A stretch of 64,000 nucleotides of DNA from an uncultured Clostridia bacterium (lineage in GTDB: Bacteria > Bacillota > Clostridia > Christensenellales > UBA1242), in contig CAKVFI010000002.1 in assembly GCA_934746715.1 (NCBI GenBank), forward strand, positions 142,425 through 206,424, given 5' to 3'. The translations under genes were made by a program, and so were the position numbers. The notes below the pieces were generated by a model. The model did no database searches, was not told the origin of the DNA, and saw only the letters and a list, made by a program, of their open reading frames with translations. Positions 11,000 through 17,488 of this stretch are shown here, one piece after another; position 1 is the stretch's first letter; every line of letters starts with the position of its first letter.

Positions 11000-11662
11000 A
11001 TGAAAAAGTCATATAAATCACTTAACATTTTGGGGTATGTACTCATTGTAGTATTGGTGTTTTTGTGTGGCTTTAATGTAACTTATGCTTACTTCACCGC
11101 ACGTGCAACTGTTCAAGGCAATTTGCAGTTTTATGATTTGAATGTGCAGTTTGCTTATTACTACGAACAACCAATTGCAACAGGCACAACTGAATATGAA
11201 ATAATCCCAGCAACAACAAACGTTTTGCGTGGTGTTCCATTTACATTTAAAACAGCTGAAAATCAGGCAATTGAAAGCGTTGGATTGCAAGCAATGAGTG
11301 ATTCTTGCCCATATTATGCTCGCGTTAAAGTTAAAGCGGTTAAGATGAAACTTAATGGCTCAACTTACACTCAAGACGGCGACACAGATTTTGGCGAATA
11401 CATTATTTTAAATGTTGATGAAACTTATATTGCAAGCATGTCAAACTATTATTATTTTAAAGGTGATGCTTTAACTGCTGGCAGTTATGCAACATTGGCA
11501 ACTGGGGCAACAATTTCAACCAGCGCACCAGTTGACCTTACAGACGGCTATCTCAAAATAACATTGTCTTTTGAGGCGGTTCAAGCCAACAAGGAAGCAG
11601 CCAAATCAGTTTTTGGTTTGACTGACGCAAACTTAACAACTTTGGGTTGGAGTTTTGAGTAA
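11000..11662 (+). CDS. TasA/camelysin-family protein (candidate major fibre subunit), 220 aa
   Basis: RBS AAAGGAG. Signal LIVVLVFLCGFNVTYAYFTARATVQGNLQF resembles TasA ...GGGTWAAFNDIKS..ASGTLDL. The C-terminal LKITLSFEAVQANK resembles TasA IKLQFSFEATQWNG (TasA sequence recalled from memory). Confidence 0.7.
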   Translation: MKKSYKSLNILGYVLIVVLVFLCGFNVTYAYFTARATVQGNLQFYDLNVQFAYYYEQPIATGTTEYEIIPATTNVLRGVPFTFKTAENQAIESVGLQAMSDSCPYYARVKVKAVKMKLNGSTYTQDGDTDFGEYIILNVDETYIASMSNYYYFKGDALTAGSYATLATGATISTSAPVDLTDGYLKITLSFEAVQANKEAAKSVFGLTDANLTTLGWSFE

Positions 11663-11739
11663 AAACTCAAATTTCCAATCAACATAACAAATTACAATAT
11701 GTTGGCATACAACGCAAAGGAAGATATTAAAGGAGAATA

Positions 11740-12990
11740 ATGCAAAACAATTCAAACCAAAATTTTAAAAGTGCAAAAAGGGAGTGGAACTCTCCACTCA
11801 ACATCTTTTTGTCATTTGTTTTGGTTGTTAGTTTGCTTTTATCCTTTGTCAACATCACAGGCGCATGGTTTACGGATGACAGCAGCACTGGCAAAACCAT
11901 TTCAGCAATCATCAAAACTGGCGAAGCCAATTTGAATGTGTATCAAGAGAATAACACTGGCACACAAACAATGCTTTCCAAATCTCTTCCAACCGGCTAC
12001 ACTCAACTAGAATACATAGAAAGCTCCGGTACTCAATATATTGACACTGGTTATAATCTTACAAGTGAAGTTTTGAAGTACGATTTAGAATTTGAAACAA
12101 CATCTTCAACAAGTGCTTTTACATTGATTGGCAACAGTGATGACGGAGATACAAACTTTGGAATAAATTTTTATTCAAATCAATTTTATGTTGGAACATC
12201 TAGGTGGTTATTGTCGGGAAATTCATGGACAAAAAATCAAAAATATCACAAGCTTATAGAAGCAAATAATGGGACATTAACAGTTATAACAGATGGGGTA
12301 AGCCAATCAGCAACTTACACATCAACTTTATACAAAAAATCATCAATAGCCTTATTTGCTTGTAAGTGTGATACAAAATTTTCAAATTCCAGCAGTCATG
12401 CAAAAATTTATCAAGCAAAAATATATGATAACAATGTTTTGGTGCGCAATTTTGTGCCAGCAAAAGATAGTTCAAATGTGGTTGGTATGTATGATTTGGT
12501 TGAAGGCAAGTTTTACACAAACGCTGGCACTGGCACATTCACAGCGGGGGCAGAGCAAAAATCTGGTTCTGGCATTAGCCTTGCATATAACACAACTAAT
12601 AAAACAAACAACAAAGTTGACGTGGAAAATACTAATAGCCTTAAATTGCTTTTGAAAAATGAAGATTTGGGTTCATCATTTGGCGTGAGATATAAAGTTA
12701 CATTTTACGCAGCCACAGCAAGCGGAAAAGTGGAATTAAGTTCAAGCATAAGTGGAATGACGGCACCAACAAGTTCAAACAATGGGTTTGTGTTTAATTC
12801 AACCGACGGATATTATTACTATCAAAACAGCGCTGGCAAAAATGTTGTGTTTGAGCCAGCAACAAGCAGTGGAGCAACAAGCAAGTATCTTATGACAGGA
12901 TTTAGCATAAATTATACTAATGCAACAAAAACCCTGCTTGGCGGCAATGCAATTTATATGGAAATTTCAGTGGAAAGTGTGGCAGTTTAA
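11740..12990 (+). CDS. 416-aa SipW-cognate-signal protein with an inserted lectin-like module
   Basis: RBS AAAGGAG. Signal FLSFVLVVSLLLSFVNITGAWFTDDSSTGKTISAIIKTGEANLNV. Central block LPTGYTQLEYIESSGTQYIDTGYNL...; terminal strand IYMEISVESVAV. Confidence 0.7.
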   Translation: MQNNSNQNFKSAKREWNSPLNIFLSFVLVVSLLLSFVNITGAWFTDDSSTGKTISAIIKTGEANLNVYQENNTGTQTMLSKSLPTGYTQLEYIESSGTQYIDTGYNLTSEVLKYDLEFETTSSTSAFTLIGNSDDGDTNFGINFYSNQFYVGTSRWLLSGNSWTKNQKYHKLIEANNGTLTVITDGVSQSATYTSTLYKKSSIALFACKCDTKFSNSSSHAKIYQAKIYDNNVLVRNFVPAKDSSNVVGMYDLVEGKFYTNAGTGTFTAGAEQKSGSGISLAYNTTNKTNNKVDVENTNSLKLLLKNEDLGSSFGVRYKVTFYAATASGKVELSSSISGMTAPTSSNNGFVFNSTDGYYYYQNSAGKNVVFEPATSSGATSKYLMTGFSINYTNATKTLLGGNAIYMEISVESVAV

Positions 12991-13002
12991 AAAAGGAGAA
13001 AT

Positions 13003-13917
13003 ATGGCAGAAAATGATTTGAAACAAACAAAAACTCCAACTGGGGCAAAAGCGCCAGCGTCTGTTTCAAGGCCTACAGCAGCGCAGAGAATGCCAGTTGG
13101 TGACGCAAAAACAACTGGGACAAGACCTGCAACAGCAAGGCCGGTTATAAATCATGCAAATGCAACACAAAAACCAGTTCAACAAACAACTGCATACGCT
13201 TCTTCTTTAAACAAAACATCAAGCGTAACCGGTTTGGAAGAACAAACTATAAGTTCCCGTCAAACACCAATCGTGCCAAAAAGCAGTTTGAGTGAAACTG
13301 CACAAATAGACGAAAAACAAGACAAAAAGAAAAAGAAAATTGAACAGCGTTTGAAATCTACCAACATCAGTATGGACGACTTGGAGCAGATTAACGAACA
13401 AAACTTAAGGCAATATCGAAGCCGTGTTACACGTAACAGATTTGTTATTATTACACTTGTTATTTTGCTTGCTGCTGCGATTGCAACATTTAGTATTGTT
13501 ATTACATTAAAGCGTATGGTCAACAATTGTACGGTTAAAGTTAATGGCGATGCTGATGCAGAGTGTATTATCAATGGCGAAAGATTGACCAAGTTCCGCA
13601 CTCCATTAGGTGTTCAAGGCAACAGAGTTTATATGATAGACACAGACATTGAAATCAAATCTTCTGGCAACTATAATGTATATTTCACTGTGGAAGTGTT
13701 CCAGTCTGGCGAAAAGTTGCGCAACACTTTTGCCTATGAATACAATCATGATTTGTTCCATATGGATGGCGATGGCAAATATTCAAGCAATGAGGCGATT
13801 GCTGGTGGGCAAACAATTGATTTGTTTAATGGTGTTGTGCTTGACGATGCATATGAAACAAGTTTGAACAACGAAAATTTCACCATGAAAATAACCATAA
13901 ATTTTGAAAGAGCGTAA
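13003..13917 (+). CDS. 304-aa single-pass membrane protein: disordered P/T/A/K-rich N-terminal tail, TM helix, TasA-like C-terminal domain
   Basis: RBS AAAGGAG. TM FVIITLVILLAAAIATFSIVITL lies at about aa 147-170. The C-terminal roughly 130 aa are beta-rich and end in MKITINFERA. Last gene before the terminator. Confidence 0.7.
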   Translation: MAENDLKQTKTPTGAKAPASVSRPTAAQRMPVGDAKTTGTRPATARPVINHANATQKPVQQTTAYASSLNKTSSVTGLEEQTISSRQTPIVPKSSLSETAQIDEKQDKKKKKIEQRLKSTNISMDDLEQINEQNLRQYRSRVTRNRFVIITLVILLAAAIATFSIVITLKRMVNNCTVKVNGDADAECIINGERLTKFRTPLGVQGNRVYMIDTDIEIKSSGNYNVYFTVEVFQSGEKLRNTFAYEYNHDLFHMDGDGKYSSNEAIAGGQTIDLFNGVVLDDAYETSLNNENFTMKITINFERA

Positions 13918-13930
13918 TTGCTCTTTTTTT
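13907..13930 (+). terminator. Rho-independent terminator closing the giant-gene/sipW operon
   Basis: AAAGAGC-gtaatt-GCTCTTT stem-loop overlapping the stop codon, followed by a T-run. Confidence 0.6.
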
Positions 13931-13955
13931 ATGTGAAAAACACACAACACAAAAT

Positions 13956-13984
13956 TTGATTTTTTTTGGTGTTTATGTTAATAT
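13956..13984 (+). promoter_or_regulatory. Candidate sigma-A promoter for sufC
   Basis: TTGATT, 17-nt spacer, TAATAT; about 45 nt upstream of the sufC start. Confidence 0.4.
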
Positions 13985-14030
13985 TTACTATATGCAAATG
14001 TTTTTTGTTTGCACATAGTTTAGGAGAAAC

Positions 14031-14744
14031 ATGTTAGAAGTTAAAAATATCACTTATATTGTTGAAAATGGCAAAGAGAAAAAGACCATTTTAGACGATT
14101 TTTCTTACACATTTAAGGATAATTGCATAACAGCAATAACTGGGCATAATGGCAGTGGTAAATCCACTTTGACAAAAATCATTATGGGTATTGTTAAACC
14201 AACCAGTGGACAAATCATTTTAAATGGCAAAGATATCACAAATTTAACCATTGATGAGCGCGCAAATTTGGGGCTTAATTATGCGTTTCAGCAACCTATT
14301 GTGTTTAAAGGGCTGACAATTAAAGATATGATTGATTTGGCAACAAAAAACAAAAACAGCGTGCCGCAAGCTTGTGAATACCTTTCCAAAGTTGGCATTT
14401 GTGCAAAGGATTACATCAATCGTGAGTTCGACAAAACACTTTCTGGTGGGGAACAAAAGCGTGTTGAAATTGCGTTGGCGTTGGCAAAGAGCGGCAATAC
14501 TGTTATTTTTGACGAACCAGAAGCAGGCATCGATTTGTGGAGTTTTGACAAACTTGCTGATGTTTTTGAACGTGGCAAATCTTACATTGTTGTTAGCCAC
14601 CAAACTAGGTTATTATCGCGTGCAGATGAAATTGTTGTGTTAAGCAAAGGCAAAATTGAATGTGCTGGAAAAAGCCAAGATGTGCTTAAAAACATGCAAA
14701 ACACAAGCTGCATGAAAATTAAGGGGGCTAACGATGCTGAATAA
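14031..14744 (+). CDS. sufC: Fe-S cluster assembly ATPase SufC
   Basis: Walker A GHNGSGKST, signature LSGGEQKR, Walker B VIFDEPEAGIDLWS. It overlaps a downstream SufB/D-family gene by 11 nt. Confidence 0.75.
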   Translation: MLEVKNITYIVENGKEKKTILDDFSYTFKDNCITAITGHNGSGKSTLTKIIMGIVKPTSGQIILNGKDITNLTIDERANLGLNYAFQQPIVFKGLTIKDMIDLATKNKNSVPQACEYLSKVGICAKDYINREFDKTLSGGEQKRVEIALALAKSGNTVIFDEPEAGIDLWSFDKLADVFERGKSYIVVSHQTRLLSRADEIVVLSKGKIECAGKSQDVLKNMQNTSCMKIKGANDAE

Positions 14745-15645
14745 TATAGCAAAAACAATATTAGAGCAAGTTGCAGGTTTGCATGATATACCTGCTGGGG
14801 CAGTTTCTTTGCGTGTTAATGGCAAAAGTGAAGTGCTAAAATCAAGCGCAAACATCGAAATTGAACGCAAAAGCGACAATCCAGGCATTAATGTTTACAT
14901 TCATTCATCATGCAAAGGTGAGGCGTGCCATATCCCTGTTGTGGTTGACCAAAACAATTTGTTTGACATGGTTTACAACGATTTTTACATTGAAGACGGC
15001 GCGATTGTTACCATTGTTGCAGGCTGTGGCGTTCATTCAAACGGAACTGCAGGGCATGACGGCATACACACTTTTCATGTTGGCAAAAATGCAACTGTAA
15101 CATACATTGAAAATCATTTAGGGCTTGGCAAAAGTGAACATAAAATTTTGAATCCAACAACAATCTTGAAAATAGGCAAAAATTCGGTTGTAACATTAAA
15201 CACAACTCAAATTGGTGGGGTTGACTCTGCAAACAGAACAACAAAAGCAATTTTGGCAGATAACGCAACTTTGATTATCAATGAAAAGATTTTGACCGAC
15301 CGTTTTGAAACTGCAAAAACAAATTTTTCTGTTCAATTAAAAGGCAAAAACAGCAAATGTAACATTGTTTCACGAAGTGTTGCTCGTGGGGAAAGTGAAC
15401 AAGTTTTCAAGTCAAATATGATTGGCAAAAATTTGTGTTTTGGGCATGTTGAATGTGATGGTATTGTGCTGGATAAATCAAAAATTTCTTCTCTACCACA
15501 AGTGTCCGCTTTTGATGCAAAAGCAAGCCTTTCGCATGAAGCAGCAATTGGCAAAATTGCCACCGACCAAATTGTTAAATTAAGAACTTTGGGCTTGACA
15601 GAAAAACAAGCAGAAGAAAAAATCATTGAAGGATTTTTGAAATAA
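14734..15645 (+). CDS. SufB/SufD-family Fe-S assembly scaffold protein (303 aa)
   Basis: C-terminal SufBD signature GHVECDGIVLDKSKISSLPQVSAFDAKASLSHEAAIGKIATDQIVKLRTLGLTEKQAEEKIIEGFL. Confidence 0.8.
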   Translation: MLNNIAKTILEQVAGLHDIPAGAVSLRVNGKSEVLKSSANIEIERKSDNPGINVYIHSSCKGEACHIPVVVDQNNLFDMVYNDFYIEDGAIVTIVAGCGVHSNGTAGHDGIHTFHVGKNATVTYIENHLGLGKSEHKILNPTTILKIGKNSVVTLNTTQIGGVDSANRTTKAILADNATLIINEKILTDRFETAKTNFSVQLKGKNSKCNIVSRSVARGESEQVFKSNMIGKNLCFGHVECDGIVLDKSKISSLPQVSAFDAKASLSHEAAIGKIATDQIVKLRTLGLTEKQAEEKIIEGFLK

Positions 15646-15810
15646 AAAATAAATATTTAGTTAATTAAAAAATTAAATTATTTTTAATTATTTTTAAATA
15701 AATCTTTTAAAAAATTAATTATTTAATGTTTTATTAACACTTTTTAGCTATTTTATAGGATTTTTAAATATTTATTTTGATTTTTTAATAATTTAATTAA
15801 TATAAAAAAC

Positions 15811-15848
15811 AAAAAAAATTATGTGCTAAAACATAATTTTTTTATTTT
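15811..15848. terminator. Bidirectional terminator between the sufB/D-family gene and spoIIID
   Basis: AATTATGT-gctaaa-ACATAATT stem-loop flanked by an A-run and a T-run. Confidence 0.55.
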
Positions 15849-15953
15849 GGTAATATTTAATTGTTTTAATATTTTTGCATTAATATTTTTTAAATTTATA
15901 TTTAAATTTCAATCAAAAATTTATAGTTGACAACCGGTTCGTTTTTATGATTG

Positions 15954-16247
15954 TTACAAAGCTAAACTATCTAATTCGTCATTTTTGTTTGGTTGATTTT
16001 TTAATGCTAAATATTTTTGTTTGGTGCTTTCTCCACCATGCAAATGTTTTATGCTAAAATTTTGGTTTAACAAATTTTTAACCTTTAAATACAACTTGTA
16101 ATTTATGTACTTTAATTTTATGCTAACATCGTGATGCACGGTGCTTTTTGGCAGACCAAATTCTTTTGCAGTTGAACGGATTGTTGCTTTGTTTTCAAGC
16201 AGATAATTTGCAAGCACAATAGGGCGAGAATAAATTTCTGTTTTCAT
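15954..16247 (-). CDS. spoIIID: Sporulation transcriptional regulator SpoIIID
   Basis: Full-length match to the SpoIIID pattern: IVLANYLLENKATIRSTAKEFGLPKSTVHHDV...KHLHGGESTKQKY. RBS GGTAAGGAG. Confidence 0.85.
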   Translation of the reverse strand: MKTEIYSRPIVLANYLLENKATIRSTAKEFGLPKSTVHHDVSIKLKYINYKLYLKVKNLLNQNFSIKHLHGGESTKQKYLALKNQPNKNDELDSLAL

Positions 16248-16348
16248 ATTTTTCTCCTTACCTAAAATTTATTGTGCAAATTGTTGAAATATGTCAAAAA
16301 CAAAAGATTTTTAAATTTTTTTGTTCTTGACATTGATAATGGGGTAAA

Positions 16349-16380
16349 CAAAAAAACGCGGCAAAATTGTCGCGCTTTTT
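16349..16380. terminator. Terminator downstream of ttcA (minus strand), bidirectional form
   Basis: CGCGGC-aaaatt-GTCGCG stem-loop flanked by an A-run and a T-run. Confidence 0.55.
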
Positions 16381-16392
16381 GCATAAAAACTT

Positions 16393-17118
16393 TTATTCTT
16401 TAGGTTGGTAAGTTAAACTCAACAAGTTATAACGTTCTGGGGATAAAATGGCGTTTTCAATTCTTTTCCTTGCTCCAGGGAATTGTTGTTCAACTTGAGT
16501 TACAAAATCCTTAATTTCCTTGCGTTTGCTGTTGTCGTTTGCTGGGCAAATGCTTTTTAAAATTGGAAATTCGCGGCTGGCGTGAATTATTTTGCTTTCT
16601 TCAGTTAAAAACAATGGTCTGATAAATGTTATGTTGGTTTTGGACATGTAAGACATCGGTTGCATTGTGGCAAGCCTGCCTTCATAAATCAAGGACATAA
16701 AAAATGTTGTAACAACATCTTGTTTGTGATGTGCAAGTGCAAGTTTGTTGCAGCCCAATTTTTGACAAACAGAGTTAAGTGCCCCGCGACGCATTTTTGC
16801 ACATAGTGAACATGGATTTTTTTCTTTTCTAATTTCAAAAACAACTTTGTTGATGTCAGTTTTTTCTATGTGTAATGGCACATCAATTTCTGAACAAAAT
16901 TTTTTGAGCCCGTCATAACTAATTTCGCCAGAATAATTATCGATTGTTACAGCGTAAAGGTTGTAATTGTACAATCCAAATTTTTTAAAATCGGCAAGTG
17001 CTTTTAACAAAACCAAACTGTCTTTGCCGCCAGAAACACCAACGGCGATGTTATCGCCATCTTCAATCAAGTTGTATTTTTCAATTGCTTTGCGCATTGT
17101 GCTTAAAACTTTTTGCAT
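16393..17118 (-). CDS. ttcA: tRNA 2-thiocytidine biosynthesis protein TtcA-family PP-loop ATPase
   Basis: PP-loop VGVSGGKDSLVLL; PCSLCAKMRRG; LALAHHKQDV; IRPLFLTEE. Start placed at MQKVLS behind AAAGGAAAA (longest ORF extends to 17148). Confidence 0.8.
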   Translation of the reverse strand: MQKVLSTMRKAIEKYNLIEDGDNIAVGVSGGKDSLVLLKALADFKKFGLYNYNLYAVTIDNYSGEISYDGLKKFCSEIDVPLHIEKTDINKVVFEIRKEKNPCSLCAKMRRGALNSVCQKLGCNKLALAHHKQDVVTTFFMSLIYEGRLATMQPMSYMSKTNITFIRPLFLTEESKIIHASREFPILKSICPANDNSKRKEIKDFVTQVEQQFPGARKRIENAILSPERYNLLSLTYQPKE

Positions 17119-17340
17119 AAAAATTTTTCCTTTTAAAAATAAAAACAAATTAAAATCAAAAACGATTTAAATATGTAAAATTAAAAATTTTTTTAATTAT
17201 TTAAAAATTATATCAAAAATATAAAAAAATACAATATTTTTTTGAAAATTTTTAAAATTTTTGCAAAAATAATTAATTTAATGTGCTTAAAAATAGTATT
17301 TTAAATTAATTTGTAATTTTAAGTTGATAAAATAATTTAT

Positions 17341-17369
17341 TTGACTTAATATCTATAATTTTATATAAT
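17341..17369 (+). promoter_or_regulatory. Candidate sigma-A promoter of the 6642-aa gene
   Basis: TTGACT, 17-nt spacer, TATAAT; 48 nt upstream of the ATG. It lies in a very AT-rich context, so the match is less specific. Confidence 0.5.
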
Positions 17370-17416
17370 AAAATTAATAAATATACAAACAAATGAGCAA
17401 ATTAAGGTGAGGGGTT

Positions 17417-17488
17417 ATGAAGAGGAAATTTTTAAATATATTTATGATTTTTGTGTTTGTGCTGTCTTGTGGATTTTTGACTGCATGT
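17417..17488 (+). other. Lipoprotein (SPase II) signal peptide with lipobox
   Basis: MKRKFLNIFMIFVFVLSCGFLTAC-GN: basic n-region, hydrophobic core, L-T-A-C with Cys24 at 17486-17488. Confidence 0.75.

Noticed and set aside
15663-15680. The exact 18-mer aattaaaaaattaaatta is shared by two AT islands (also at 50937-50954), which hinted at a repeat family
   Set aside because: In an effectively two-letter (A/T) alphabet, an 18-mer match between spacers of about 250 and 450 nt is expected by chance at roughly even odds. It is not evidence of a mobile or repeated element.
17149-17416. Invertible-promoter or phase-variation switch, or a diversity-generating retroelement, controlling the giant adhesin
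   Set aside because: Only short A/T inverted repeats occur, as expected from composition. There is no recombinase, no reverse transcriptase, and no template/variable repeat pair in the window.
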